Assembly (NCBI RefSeq): GCF_964355755.1
Contig: NC_092673.1
Span: forward strand, 9,486,001 to 9,550,000
DNA length: 64,000 bases
Source of the DNA: Antedon mediterranea
Taxonomy: Eukaryota > Animalia > Echinodermata
Reading direction: 5' to 3'
Of the stretch, positions 13,601-27,900 are shown piece after piece. The stretch's first letter is position 1. Each line of letters starts with the position of its first letter. Position numbers and translations under genes: made by a program. The notes under the pieces were generated by a model. That model was not told where the DNA came from, ran no database searches, and saw nothing but the letters and a program-made list of their open reading frames with translations.

Positions 13601-13990
13601 ACACACGATGTCAAGGTTTGCTGCTTTAATTTGAATGAGGGTTTCATGTAGTAAGAAGTCATCTGAGCAGGTATTAACATTAATCTGTCCTGCTCGCCAA
13701 TGAAAATATTTTGCAGGCTTTTGTTTCCTAACTGCTTCTTGTACTTTCTTGTTGAATTGTCTCAGAATTGACTATCATAATCTGTTTCATATCATGCCTG
13801 TAGGAGGCTTAAGCCTATGATTGTTTATAAATATATTCCGAAAAATTACTGCAATAAAATAGTCGAAGTAGTGATTTTAAAAAGTGACTTCTTGTTCTTT
13901 TTTAATTGTTTATAACACACTATTTGACTAATATATTTTCCTAATCTGCACTGTTTTGCTGCTGGATGAAAAAGAACAACACATCAAGAA
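10635..13990 (-). mobile_element. RTE-clade LINE, near full length (APE endonuclease and RT), with several frameshifts
   Basis: GQINVNT, MQEVRR, SAYSPT, GDFNA and SDHR mark the APE domain. YRGISI, FIDLTAAFD, GVRQGG and GYADD mark RT. There is no separate ORF1. The 5' boundary is approximate. Confidence 0.9.
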
Positions 13991-14050
13991 CAAAAACGGA
14001 ATACGATGCGCTTAGTGTTAATACCAGAGGGACCGACTCGCATAAATAAC

Positions 14051-14390
14051 ATTACGTGTACAGCCCCATTAGAGAATGTGTTCATTTTTACCCGAAGTTT
14101 TTCAAAACTTCGGGTAAATGTCACTTGACCTCCTACTGTGACATGTGTTTATTTAAGTCCAACTTTGATAGGCAGGTCGTTAAACTATTTGATCATTGCC
14201 GAATTCTGCTAGTTTTTGCCTGACCATTGACCTTGCATACTGAAGAATGTAACTTGTCCTAATCAATCAATTACAAGAGAGCTAATAAAATCACAGGGGT
14301 ATAATAGGATTCATGTCATTAATCACCTGCTTAGTTGATTTATCTGATAAGGATTCTGACCAAAAAGTTCTAATGGGGATGTACACCTAA
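14051..14390. mobile_element. MITE (possibly PIF/Harbinger) nested in the P element
   Basis: TIR TTACGTGTACAGCCCCATTAGA / TCTAATGGGGATGTACACCTAA. Confidence 0.55.
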
Positions 14391-15596
14391 TGAAGTAGTA
14401 GTGATGTGAGTGATGATTACTCCTAGATGATGATTTTGAGGATGATGATAAACATTCAATAATAACAACAATATTCAGTAATTAAAACAAATAGATATAC
14501 AAAGTACAGGAAATAAGTCTATCATTATAATTTAATCGCACATTACCACAATTATTGTGATGAAAAAAATTGAGTATTCAGTTACAATACAGTAGACATA
14601 TCTGATCCATAAATCTACTTGTTTGAGCGAGAGGGCGCCCTATAAAATGAGCTCCATGTGTGTTACATGAATTGCACGTAAAATTCCGAGAGTATAAGAT
14701 CTTTGATCTACGCTAATGTTTTTAGAGTAGCATTTTATGACCTGTAGTGGCCTACATGTAAAATTACAAAATCAGCAAGGAAACTAGGCCCAGGCCTTTT
14801 GCCTGCTAGTCTACTAGTAAACCCTATGATTTGCCGATATTGATATAGGCTATGGTAGGCTATCTTAAGTGTAGCAGCTAAAACGTGTAATCATGATCTA
14901 CTGTATATACTCACCTCACCTCACGTCTACTTCTTGTGGGAATAATAATAATAATGGACAAGGTACTTTTATTCATTAATCAATGCTTCGTTTGTTGATG
15001 GTTAAGTTTGCCTTGCGTCTACTTTTCAAAACAAGCACTAGAGAGTAGTAGAGTCAGTGGTGACGTATCACAACCATACATAGCCAGCCAATCCAGGATC
15101 AGGGATAACAGTCAATATGATAATGCAAATATAAAAATTGCATATTTTATTAATATAACCTTTTATTATTATTAACTTCTTAAAATTACCGGTCGTAAGA
15201 AAGTGAACTTTTCGTAGTCCAATTGTGAATTAAAACAGAATTGTTCAGCAATATATTGTCAATTAGTCATTGACACAGATATGTCAATAGAACAATCAGA
15301 CTGCGCATACAATTTCTACATGTCTACGTTTTTCTATGGAGTTCAAAGAGCGTGTTTGTTTGATTGGCAGCAGTGCTTTAGTATAGGCAAACTAGTTGGA
15401 AAATCGTTTATGTCACCGTCGATGCATACCCTTCTATTCCTTAATTCATGCACAGTGACAGTATTTGTATTTGTTTTCCACTAAAACATGTATTTTTTGC
15501 ATTTAGATTATATAAGACTCAGAATCATTGTTAAAAAAATTAACACAGTGGTTATTGACACATCTTAAAAATATCCTTGACCATGAAAACCAAGTT

Positions 15597-15720
15597 AAGC
15601 TTTGTCTACACTATCAAACTAGTTTGACAAAAAACGTGTGATGTAGTGATATTAAGTCATTATATATTGGCATATCACATTTTTTTGTCACATAAAATTT
15701 GGTAGTGTAGATAGAGCTTA
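15597..15720. mobile_element. Short PIF/Harbinger-like MITE; second copy at ~61810-61947
   Basis: TIR TAAGCTTTGTCTACACTA / TAGTGTAGATAGAGCTTA in a TTA/TAA context. The body recurs near 61810. Confidence 0.6.
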
Positions 15721-16058
15721 AGTTGATTTTTTAATAATGGCAGCATTAATTTGCATAATAAAAACATAGGTATGGACACTAAAATAGTTTGATTATCATT
15801 AGTATTGATTGAGATAGCAAAAATTGATTTAATTTTCATAAAATTAGCATAACTTATTATGTGATCAATCCACGAATGGTCTTAAAAAGATCCTTGATCC
15901 TTGACCATGAAAACATAGGTCTAGACACCAAATTGGTTAGGTATCTAATATTGGTCAAGATATATAATGGCAGCACTAATTTGCATAAAATGAATGCAGT
16001 GTATGTGATATTCTATGCACATGTTGACATACAAAATCGTTTTTTTCTAATTCCAATG

Positions 16059-16356
16059 TTGGAGTGGCCGAGCGGTTAAGACAGTGGAACTGTAATATAC
16101 GTAGCCATAACATCGGCAGGAGTTTGAGGCTCACTCACTCCATGGTTCTGGTCGGTAGAACGAGTCTTTTCGAATAAGGGCTATAAACCGTAGGTCCAGT
16201 GTACACATCTAGCTCATGTGCACTTTAAAGAACCTAGTTCATCTTTCGAGACGAGTAGGGGGTTACCCGGTGTATTAGTACATCACAGCCACTGATCATT
16301 ACTGGGCCCTCTAGGAGACAGTCTTAGACTGAAGAGGTCGCCCAGTATAAATAAAA
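16059..16356 (+). mobile_element. tRNA-derived SINE with Deu/Nin-like central domain
   Basis: A box TGGCCGAGCGG and a degraded B box. Central TAAACCGTAGGTCC..TTAAAGAACC..GAGTAGGGGGTTACCCGGTG. The 3' part and flank are tandemly duplicated (16266-16445 / 16447-16634). Confidence 0.8.
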
Positions 16357-16913
16357 TATTTCAATATTTCAACGCAGTTCAAAAAGTGATTCTTCATGGA
16401 GGGAGAAATCAAAAAATATGGAGGATGCAATCGACCATTCGCTAGTCACCCGGTGTATTAGTACATCACAGCCATTGATCATAACAGGGCCCTCTGGGAG
16501 ACCAGTCTTTGACTGAAGAGGTCGCCCAGTATAATTATAAATAAAATATTTCAATATTTCAACACAGTTCAAAAAGTGATTCTTCATGGAGGGAGGAATC
16601 ACACAATATGGAGGATGCAATCGACCATTCGCTACGTCTTTACACAGTCATGCATTACATTTGCGTTAAGCATGTAGAGTGTATAAACACATATTAATTA
16701 ATATTAGATTGCACTTAGATTAAAACAATAAAAATATGTTACTCATTTTTAATGTGGCTATAGCTATGCTAGTCATACAAAACAATTTGTATTGAGTGAA
16801 TAAAACTATTACTTAATCAAGTTTTTTAGCTTATGATATAAATAAAATAGTTGACTTGAATTAAAATTTAAAGTTTACTTTATCATGTGTCAATCAATCT
16901 ATCTCTTTATAAG

Positions 16914-17008
16914 AACCGATTAAAGAAAGAGGAACTAAGATTGCATCGAGCCAAAGAAGATATTTTACAAAACAACAATGAAACAATGTATGAGAAGCAA
17001 AATGTAAT
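16914..17008 (+). CDS. Coiled-coil protein gene, exon d
   Basis: ataag| and |gtaagt, phase 0-2. Encodes NRLKKEELRLHRAKEDILQ.. Confidence 0.75.
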
Positions 17009-17093
17009 GTAAGTCAATTTTAATTCTTTTTAAAGTTTTGAATGACACATATTACCAAACAAACATATATTTGTGAACTTTTCTTTATTATAG

Positions 17094-17168
17094 TGATGAT
17101 CTAAATAATGAAAACAAGATTCTGGTGAAAGAGAATGCTAGATTAAAACAAGATTTAACAACAGTCAT
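17094..17168 (+). CDS. Coiled-coil protein gene, exon e
   Basis: ttatag| and |gtaagt, phase 2-2. Encodes DDLNNENKILVKENARLKQDLTTV. Confidence 0.8.
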
Positions 17169-17904
17169 GTAAGTTTACAAAATGCAATTAAAATTGAAAC
17201 AAATATATGGGGTTCATTGTTTATAGTTGTAAGGTCATTAATAATATTGAATATAATATTTTAAACAGGATCTATTTATTTTAATCTGGGATTCGTTTCG
17301 AGAAGCCTAGATTTTGAGGTTCTATTGTATATGACAAGAATTGATAGGTCTAAACATCACAGATGTAATGTAATGCATTTGTGTCTCTATATTGGCGCGC
17401 CCCCTCTTTATCACATGCAACAAATTATTTTCATAGCTTCTACTAGGTTGGGTGATTATTAGAGGGTATAATATGGTAACATGTATAATCAAATAAATGC
17501 ACCTAGATATGAAAAAATACAATAATACAATTAATTAACATCAAGAAGTGGAAAAAACAGTAAAAATGTTATCAAAATACTTAGTAAATTGTATATCATG
17601 GCAGTCAATTAATTCTACTACAAATAGAAATGTGTTGTGGTACCATAATGCATGTGGCAGGAAGTTTATTCAGGAAAAAAAAGGTTTATCCTATCGTATT
17701 GTATCGTAAATCCTGTAATAATTATGTTTTTTAAATGTTAAATCTTCACACAAGGAGACCATGCTTCGCTGTCCATACAGCCTACCTAAGTGAAATTGAT
17801 TGACGTAATTCATAAAGATAAATTCACCCAAAAAGTGAAATAAATTGTATTTTTTTCAGTAGGGACAGAATCAAATAACCTTTATCTTTCTCTCTTCCCA
17901 TCAG

Positions 17905-18057
17905 GAAATGTATGGAAGAACAGAAAATAGAGTTTTCTAAACTTCAATCATCTGCATATGACAATGATGTAAAACAAAGAGAAAGACAATGGAAAGTAGA
18001 ACAACTAACAAAAGAGCTCTTGACAGAAAAGCAAATTCAACATAAATTAGAGAAAAG
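17905..18057 (+). CDS. Coiled-coil protein gene, exon f
   Basis: Polypyrimidine tract with catcag| and |gtattt, phase 2-2. Encodes KCMEEQKIEFSKL..HKLEK. Confidence 0.8.
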
Positions 18058-18979
18058 GTATTTTTTAATATGCATAGTTTTATATATTGTGCTCTGGGAA
18101 TGAATGACAACACTAAGTATTTCACTAAGAAATTAGACCATGTGCTAATGTTCAGCCATCTTGTAGAACTCCTTTATTTGTCTCTAATCCAGACGTTAAA
18201 TTGCTAATATCAATATATTACATTACTTCCTTCTTTTAAAATATGAATCAAGTGATACAGGTATTGGTTTTGTAAAATACAGTATTAATTATAGTGGCTA
18301 TTCAACATCACATTCTAAAACTAAGTAACAATAAACATGTAGCGTTTCCTTTTTTAAATGCATATAACAAAAACAAGATCTTCTAGATTTAAATTAACTA
18401 TATAATGATTACATCTTATTTCCCTTTTCCTTTCACTCTCTTTACATAGATGTGGTATCCAACATCATGTGATTAGGATGTATTATTTTAACCAATCGTC
18501 CTATCTTAAAGATGTAATTGTCCCTTTGACTAATTCTAAAACATTTAAAAAAAAAAGATTGGGTCATTTATAATAAGTCATCATACAAGTATCATAATAG
18601 ATATTAACTTTCACCAAAAATTAGTCGAAAAAGAAATCATTTAATTGAAATACAGACGTTTTTTTATTCAAATAATAACTTTGACTTCCAGTCAAAGTTT
18701 GGCTACTCTGTATGCATAATCATAAATCTTCCTTGCGATCTGTGAGAACACCTTATCAACCGTGACGAGTTGTAAACAATCCTAATTAGCATCATGCATA
18801 ATGCATACTCATGGTTTGAAATCTTTGTTCACTTTCGCTCGTGACGATTTTCCAGACGAAATGTAATCAAATTAATTTACCTGTTTATTACGTAAACTTG
18901 TTGTTTTTGGATCAAATTTTCTACTTAAAGTGGATAACTTTAATATTACTTTGATATGGCCAATTTAAATTTAGAATAT

Positions 18980-19460
18980 TTATATAACAGCACCTATGCC
19001 ATAAGGACTAGCATCGGTACACAAAATTAATGGTCGCTTTACATCATAATGTGTTACTGTTAAACACAAATCTGAAGTTAGTTTCTTACACCAGTCAAAT
19101 GCGTTTAGGTGATCCGCTATCCATTTCCACTCTACGTCATCTTTCAAAAGTGTATTTAATGGTTTTAATACTGTAGGTAAGTTCTGTAAGAATTTCGAAT
19201 AGAACTGTACCATCCCTAGGAAGGATCTTAGTTGTTTGGTGTTTTGTGGCTGTGGAGTCTCTTTAATCGGTTTGATTTTGCTATCAACTGGAGATATACT
19301 GTACCATGTTTGTCGACTCGCAATCCCAGATACACTACTGCGCTTTCCAAGAATTTGCACTTGGAAGTTTTTAGTTTTACATTGTTGTCTTTGAAACGTT
19401 TAAATACAGTCTCTAATACTCTTAAGTTCTCGGCTTCGGGTTTTGTATGGATTTAAAACA
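18980..19460 (-). mobile_element. Gypsy RT/RNase H fragment
   Basis: QLRSFLGMVQFYSKF and HYDVKRPLILCTDASPYGIGAVI. Confidence 0.85.
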
Positions 19461-20165
19461 TCAAGAGAAAGAAAATTTGCAATGGCCTGAAAGAACTTAT
19501 CCCTTCTAAAAAATCTAACCCTCTTCCCCCTTCCTTTTCTATCAATGGCATTGATGTCTCTGATGCTCAAACCATTGTTAAATATAACTCCTTCTTTGCT
19601 AATATTTTAAAACTCTTACTATTTCTTCTGTGATTGATTCTTCTAATTGTCTTAATCCTACTCCTTATCTTAGTGCTTGCACTTCTCCTTTTGCAATTGG
19701 TAATATCAACAAAGATTTTGTGTTATCCGAGTTGAAAACCATTAATCCCAATACCTTTGATGACTTCTTAAGACTGCTGTTTCTTTTATTTATCCGCATC
19801 TCACGTACATTTTTAACCTTTCCATTCAAATTAACTGCTTCCCCTCTGTTTGGAAACAATCCAATGTGATTCCTATTTTCAAATCAGGCAAGAAAAATGA
19901 TCTCAACAACTATCGTCAACAACTTACTGGCACGCTTTTCATCGATCTTAAGAAAGCCTTCGACACAATTAACCACAACATTTTACTTGATAACTACCCT
20001 ACTATTACTAACTATGGTTTTTCTCCTTCAAACAATTATCGATTGGCTTCATTCTTATCTTACTGGTCGCTCCCAAAAATTCCTCTTCGGGTCAGACTCT
20101 CTCTCGGGTCTTCTATTGAATATTGCTCTACCGGTGTTCCTCAACGATTTACCTTAGGACCCTAA
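19460..20165 (+). mobile_element. Degenerate CR1/L2-type LINE RT fragment
   Basis: IPIFKSGKKNDLNNYR, FIDLKKAFDTINH and GVPQ..LGP. Confidence 0.8.
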
Positions 20166-20171
20166 CCCTAA

Positions 20172-23100
20172 TAGACCGGGCACTCAGAGAATTTATTCAT
20201 GTGAAAAGCCACAAAAGATTTGATGGACTGATTATGTAGATATATGTAGATTCAATAATCAATATTGCTGCTACTGGTCCTATCCTGTAAATTTTCCCTG
20301 GGGACACCAAATAAGGGGGGTAAAAAATGGATTTAACCATGTTCACGGATAAAAGTTGTTTGACAATCGTCCCCATGTGTATACAATGTTAAAACAGCAA
20401 TGACAGAAACTTTATCCTGTAAGTTGCCCGAGACAGTAGCCAAAAGTGACCACTTAAAAATGGTGTTACTCATGTCAAGAGCCACACGACTAATTTCTTT
20501 TGCATTGTAACTGTCACACATTGGGATGCACAAAAATACCATTGACAGCAACTTTATCCTGTAACTTGTAAGTTGCCCCAGACAGTAGCCCAAAAATGCC
20601 TGTTGTGTCTTAAAAGATTTACTCACACGAAGAGCCACACGGCAAATCGCTCATGATTGGTATAGTGCTTCCGGGGGACAAACAGGGTTCATCCTGTTTG
20701 TTGTCCTTTTATACCTCACCTGTGGTGGTCACTTTGATTGATGGTCGCGCTTATGTGCGTCACTATTAAAGTAGAGGGTGCTGACCGGCCATGGGCGACC
20801 AATGTTTTTACTTTTTTTTTACATAATTTTTGTTGAATGTTTGCCATGTACAGTATGTACCGTACATTTAAATGCATTTTAATGGTTACCAAACTGACAA
20901 GCACTCACTTCTTTTGGTATAGATCTACTATTAAATATTGTAAATGTAATTGTGAATTGTGAATAAATGTGTGTGAATTACTAAAAAAAATTTAAAAAAT
21001 TCATTGGAACTGTTATGCATTGGGATATATACGAGAATACTCATGACAGCAACTTTATCTTGTAAGTCCAGACAGTAGCCCAAAAATGCCTGTTAGGCCC
21101 TACAAGATTTATTATCATGCGAAGAGCCACACGACAAAATCCCTTTTACATTGTAACAGGCCTATTACCCTTTGGGATATACGGAAATACCATTGACAGC
21201 AATGTTACCGTGTATAGTTGGCCCAGACAGTATTCCAACAATTTCCGATTCGCCGTTACAATATTTAATAAATCGAAGAGTCACACGACTAGTTCCTTTT
21301 GCATTGTACAGTATCTGTAAGGAAAGTATCTTTTATAATGAACAATAAGCACTGAGATTCGCTTGGGTTTGAGATGATTTATTCAGAAACAAGATTTCAT
21401 TCAAATCTGAAAGCATGAAATATAAGTCATAACTTACATGTTAGAAACAAGAACTGATGTATGATTGAATAGCTATTATAACATTATTTCTTAACATTTG
21501 TTCAATAACTCGCTGTTTGTCAGGCAAATCCCTAGCATAAGCCTATATACTGTCATACTTTCAATCCGTCAAAATACACTCATTAGTAACTGAAACAAAA
21601 TATTATTAATCCATGATAATTATAACCTTCTGATCCCAAATTGTATAAACAACTTAATCCGCTACAATCAGTAGTAAACAAGTTCAATGTATTCTTATAT
21701 AAGTCTTACTGTACAAGCATTCGCTGTATTACTAAACCACTAATGAATACTCATAAGCTGCCGACTCAACTAGCGAGAGCAACACTCTGGCAGACATTGT
21801 ATGTTCTAATTAAAAATCGTAACTACGGTAAATAGATTTACACAACATACCGCATCACTTATATCCCTTTTGGATTCTATGCATATACATCTCCAACATG
21901 GAATAAACAACAATAAGGCAACTACAGACAAACTTTGCATTTCTTTAAACAACAATTATATCAATATTAGGCTCAGCAACAGTTCTAGGCCTAGGCCTAA
22001 AAGCGGACAATTTGCCAACCAACGTGTGAACAACTTTGAGATTGTCCCTCATTTGAACTATATTTACATTAGATCCCACCTTAAATATAGTTCTACGTAC
22101 CTAAACATATTAAACTGGTACTGGCATTTATAAACTTTAGTATTCACTGGTTAGCATTCATAAACTTTAGTATTCACTGGTTAGCGTTTATTAACTTTAG
22201 TTTCTTTACAGTCCTTTTCAATCTACGACATTATTCACCGCGCATTCAACATCCGGGATAGCAACTGACATAATTCCTGGGTACGCGCTACAACTCTGAT
22301 TTGCTATAAATCCTACAGTATCAATTACCCATGACTTTGGGATATACGAAAATACCATTTGACAGCAATGCCTCAAATTTCCGATTCCGGTCCCCTACAA
22401 AATTTAATAAATTAAAGTCAATGGCTAATTCTTTTTCTTAACTATTACACATTGAGCTATACGAAATTATATTAATTTCAGTATAGATATATGGTAATTA
22501 TGTGAAAACATACGCCATTAGATCTGACCTTTCGGGATACATTATGTCACAGATTAACCCAAAAATGGCCGTCCTCCTCCAAGATAAATCATTTAAAAAC
22601 ATACTAAATTTCTTAATTATCATCTTTTTGTGCCATCATCATTCCATGGATTGCTTACATACTGTATCTATGTTATAGTACATAACTATCTGTATCAGAA
22701 CCAAAATCCGACTACAGGCCACATTATTTGCATTTGCTTCATATAAGTTATCAGCATCACATCAAATATAACGTTTCCCAGCTCTTATTCTCCTGTCAAT
22801 GTTTAGTTGTAGCGATGGCCCATCGAGGCACTTAGTGACCATCCCATCAGACCCGTATAGATAACAAATGGTGAATGCTAATTATTAATGCTATATATTC
22901 AACAGGGGCAGCCTTCACATAATGTAAGGTATTATATGTAATGTCAATACCATAATCTTTCGTCATTAATAATAATTATGGCATTTTCCATCCAGTTTGG
23001 TGTTTTGTTTCCTTTGGTTGGTCCTGGAATCTGTTGACACAAAATAATGTTTATTCAATCATGAAATTCTTTCATACTTTCGTACCATCTAGGTCGTGCC

Positions 23101-24310
23101 CACAGATGGTTCTCGAATACACAGTAATTTCCGCGTAGCAAAACTGGCGATTTCAAATGTACGTACCGCGGGACTATAATACATTGTCGTTTACAGAAAC
23201 GAATAAATAGACACGATGATTTATGTAGTCAACTAAAATTAGCACCCTGGGAATTACTTCCGAAAGAGAAACTTATCAAAATGAGTCCAAATTTTTGATT
23301 TGGACTCATTTAAAGAAACCCAATTTGTGTTTTGTATGTAACATTAGGGTTGAGGGATGGGAAAGCGGATAGGTACAAAGAGGAACACTTTTTAAATATA
23401 TTCTTTATCCACTCAGTAACGAAATATTTTTTTCATGTTTTATAGGCCTATAAATACTATACCTGTAAATACAGTAAAACATTTGCGATTTAATAAATAA
23501 TACTTTGTTAAAACTGTCACTGTCATAATCGATTGAAATATTAAAGTACGTGTCACGATACACCACTACGACGTTTATATTTTTGGTAATTATTAATTAA
23601 TACAAACGTTGAGAAGGAACTGTCACTATAAAGTTTATTTGTATATAATAATGTGTTTATATATCTAACAGTAGAGCCTATCCACAATCTCAGTAATAAA
23701 GTTTATTTGTATATATTTTTATATTAAATACGAACATTCACAGTAAGAAATGTTCGCCCGAATGTTCGATTCAAATGAGGACCAACAATAGTTAATAGGT
23801 ATTTACAGTATTGTCAAAGTATTGCAAGTTTATTCTCAAAGGGCCCATATATTTACCTACCGCATGTATTAAACCAAGGGCTCATAAATTTACCTACTTG
23901 TGTTAAACCAAACTCTGGCAGACTGAGAGATTGGGATGTTCCATTCATCGCAAATCGATACATTTGTATAAACGTATATTAAATCTATCAAAATAGTATT
24001 TTTTAAAGAAAATCGGCCTGTCTTCAACATTATGATGCTGTACTCTAGATGTTCAACCGGTTTTCAGCCATTAAAAACAATTATCGTAGGAGGAGATAGG
24101 AAAATGCGAAGCCTCCTCGCATTTTTGTGGTGTGGTTAAATCTTGTAGTGGCAATGTACAGAATAAATTTGCTATTAATGGTATTTTCGTATATCACCGG
24201 CAATGCCGTGTGACTCTTCAAGTTATTAAATCTTGTAGGGGTCAGAATAGAAAAATCATTGGCCTACTATCTGCGACAACTTACAGGATAAAATTGCTGT
24301 CAACGGTATT
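20172..24310. mobile_element. Academ-like non-autonomous element (left terminus intact, right arm decayed)
   Basis: Starts TAGACCGGGCACTCAGAGAATTTATTCATGTGAAAAG, similar to the TIR at 51837. The subterminal motif GACAGCAACTTTATCCTGTA repeats at 20403-22370 and is inverted at 24160-24310. Confidence 0.6.
21316..22317 (-). mobile_element. Solo LTR (~1.0 kb)
   Basis: TGTAAGGA...TCCTACA termini with a 5-bp TSD GTATC on both sides. Minus-strand AATAAA near 21380. Confidence 0.8.
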
Positions 24311-24319
24311 TTTATTTCT

Positions 24320-24680
24320 CTCCAGGCTTGACTACTGTTGCTCTGTCTGAGTGTGCCTCTACACCGACTTCTATCATTAAACTTCAAAACTAAGCTATTT
24401 CTATCCTTCTCCATCTTCCTCCTACTACTCATTTAACTTCTTTTCACTTCACCATTGCTAATACCCTACCTCTTCATAACAGATTTCGATATCAACTTGG
24501 CTTTCTTACCTTTAAATCGCTCCATAATCTTGCTCCTCAATTTCTCTCAATTACTTGCTAAGATCACATCTAATGGCCACATGGCCACACGCCAGATCAC
24601 TATCACTGTTTTTAAAACAGCTTCAATGCTCCAACTTTTCTTAATTCTCTTCCTTTAGATATCCGATTTGCTTCATTCAT
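24320..24680 (+). mobile_element. Degenerate L2-type LINE 3' fragment
   Basis: SRLDYC motif and decayed L2 C-terminal-like sequence. Confidence 0.5.
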
Positions 24681-24941
24681 AATTTTTTATTCTAAATTGT
24701 TTGTGCTTTATTTTATCTATAACTGCACAAACAAGTTTCTTGCAAATGCGGAATTTAATTGTTCTCCGACTTGATCCGATTTACTATAACAAATAAATAA
24801 TGATTACAAAATAATATATACGGTATCTATCATACAGTACAACATAAATAATTCCATACAATAATAATAGACCTTACATAAGTATCTAAATAAGTCATAG
24901 ATCAAACAATACAATATAAATAATTACAACTATAATAAGAA

Positions 24942-27900
24942 CTAGACATGAAACTCGTCACTTTGACAAGTTAGTTATCCGCACGACAAACGCCACGTGC
25001 ACGTCATACGTTGGAATATTGCACACCGAAAAAGATTATGTCATTATGACCTGAACTGAAGAATATGATGTGTTGTTAGTGCTGAATGCTGTATATTTTC
25101 TGTCATATAGTATACACAGTATAATCTGTATACATGTCACAAACAGTGTAAAATAGGTGAAATTACGGGACCCATATTTTATTTTAATTTTCAAAAGGAA
25201 ACGCGAAGGTAGTAATTTCGGAAGAAAATTATCTCAGCAACAACATATTAACGTTTAGAAGAAATTTGAATACGTGAAATATTAATGCGCGCTTTTTTAA
25301 ATGTAATGAACTATGACGCAAAAGATGAAAATATGACTTTGTTTATTTAACTGGCCATATGATGACGTCACAACATCTGATTGGCGAAAAGTTCACATGA
25401 TTTCGTATCTACAATACCATAGCTTCCTGAAAACGTTTTAATCGTGATTATCACATTTTATTCTTACGAGCTATAACAGATTAAAATTTACTGTAAAGAT
25501 GAAATTAATGACGCTGTTAATTAAAATTTTTAGGCATGGTGACGTCATAAAAATTAAAATATTTTAACTCATGCGTAAGATAGTTTATTGACATAGACAA
25601 TATTAAAATCTCAGAGAAAAAGGAATACAGATAGGCGTGATGCGCTCCATTGAATATGATGAGCAATAACGAAAGAGACAAAAATCCTATATTTTACATT
25701 CGTGTGGCCATACGATGACGTCACAATGTCCGGTTAGCCATATTGATTCATGATCCGATTTCTACAACTCATCACCTTCAAGAATATGTAATTTAAAAAA
25801 AGTTCACCTCGTTGTTTAGAATCTATGACTGTTTAAAAAAAGGCATAATTTTGACAAATTTTTGAACTTTTTCATCAAAAACGCACGTAAAGTATCCAAT
25901 TCAACGTGCCCGTATGACGTAATTGTAAGTCAAAATTGTTTTAAAATTGGTAAAATTACTATAAAAGGCTGGAAAAACATAATTCAATAAAAAAAAAATA
26001 CTTTTAGCGCTACGTGCGCACCACGCGCATAAAATTGTTCGCACGCGTGGGAAATTTTGACATGCTCAAAATGTCATGATCAGCGTAGAAAGTTGATTAA
26101 AAATTAATTTTGCGCATTTTGAATTTTAAATGCGCGTGCGCGCGTAACTTTGTGTAAAACACGCAATTTTTTTTCTACAGAAAGTTAGCGCATGATATAA
26201 ATTAAACTTTTGCTAAGTTTCAATTTAAATTGTTATATGGTTTTAAATCTATGTTAAATACGCGAAATTCATAAAATCGTGTGTAAGTCACGTTGCGCAT
26301 TTCTGACGTCATTCACAATAGGAGGTGCACAACTTCACATGAATGCCCATATGTTGACAAAGTTATGAAATGTTATGTTTACACGTTTTTGAGATACGCG
26401 AGATACAAAAATAGAGGAGAAATGCGCGTGCGCGCGTAACGTCTTGTAAAACATGGCATTTTTAATCCACAAAAAGTTTGCCCTTGATATGACTTAAATT
26501 TTCACAAAGTGTCAAAACAAATTTATGCTTGGTTTTTAGTCTATGATCAATCATAACAAATCATAAAATCGCACGTAAGTCACGTTGCGCAACTCTGACA
26601 TCATTAAAAAATAGGAGGTGCAAAACTTCACGTAAATGCCCATATGTTGACAAAGTTATGAAATGTTACGTTTACACATGTTAGAGAAACGCTCTACACA
26701 AAAATGGAAGGAAAGAAATAAGAATAATACAGAAAAAACTAGATTTGAACTCGTCACTTTGACGAGTTCGGGTTATCCGCGCAAATGCAACATGCACATA
26801 CTTAACCATATGAACCTCGACAATTATTATGCCATCCTATGACATGAAATAAATATGTTTACAGTGCTGAATTGTACCTATTATGTAGCATATATCATAC
26901 TACAGTATTTTACAGAATAAACTGTATATTATACAGTGTAGCATAGACAAAATTACGAGACCCATCTTTTAAATCCAATTATTAACACGATGACGTCATC
27001 AAATTTTAGAAGATAATTATCTAAATAATTACATTAAAACAAATTTGAAGAATTTTGGGCACGTAAAAGTGAGATGCGCTCTATTTAATGTGATGAGCAA
27101 TAACGAAAGAGTAAAAAACCCTATATTTTACATTCGTGTGGCCATACGATGACGTTATAACATCCTAGGGGTAAAGATTCTGCATGAATTCATATCTACA
27201 ACATATCTACTTACATATAAAATTAAAAAAATTGGGGGTCGTGGATGATCCTGAGGAGCTATAATAGATTCAAAATTGGCATTATTTTGACAATATTTAT
27301 AACTTTTTCAACTAAAACGCGCGCAAATGGTATAAATCAATGTGTTCGTATGACGTCATTTTAATTTCAAATGATGTCAATCTTTTTTAAAATGACTAGG
27401 AAAGGTTGGAAAATCATAATTCAAGAGAAAAAAACATGATTTTCATGCTCCGTGCGCACCATACGCGTAAATTTGTTCGCGCGCGCGGGAATTTTTGACA
27501 TGCTCAAAATGTCATGATCAGCGTAGAAAGTTGATTAGAAATTAATTTTGCGCATTTTGAAACTTTAAATGCGCGTGCGCGCGTAACTTCTTGTGAAACA
27601 TGCCATTTTTAATCCATAGAAAGTTTGCCCTTGATATGACTTAAATTTTCACCAAGTGTCAATACAAAATGACTTTTGGTTTATAATCTATGACCAATCA
27701 TTGAAATGCATAAAGTCGCGCGTAACTTACGCTACGCGACTCTAACGTCATATAACAAAGTTTCCTGCACATCTACAGCTACAGGTCAATTTTATGACAA
27801 AGTTATACAAAGTTATATCTACAAACATTTGAGATATAGCTGCAACAAAAATCCGGGAAAGAAAGAAGAATAAAGATGAAGAAAAAGAAACGTGACAATA

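Larger units (their letters stand above)
8583..14705 (+). mobile_element. P-element-superfamily DNA transposon (deletion derivative) with THAP exons, interrupted by an RTE LINE
   Basis: 8-bp TSD ATCTACGC (8575-8582 and 14706-14713). TIRs CAAATATCTTATATACT / AGTATAAGATCTTTG. Subterminal inverted repeat CCCCCTCGCTTAAACAAGTA / TACTTGTTTGAGCGAGAGGG. Confidence 0.88.

Noticed and set aside
16329-16350. CTGAAGAG motif as a hammerhead core (also ~16513)
   Set aside because: There is no GAAA box or closing stems. It is part of the SINE tail stem-loop.
18450-18513. Candidate additional exon of the coiled-coil gene
   Set aside because: It has a good polypyrimidine acceptor, but the exit phase is incompatible with exon g and the peptide is not coiled-coil.
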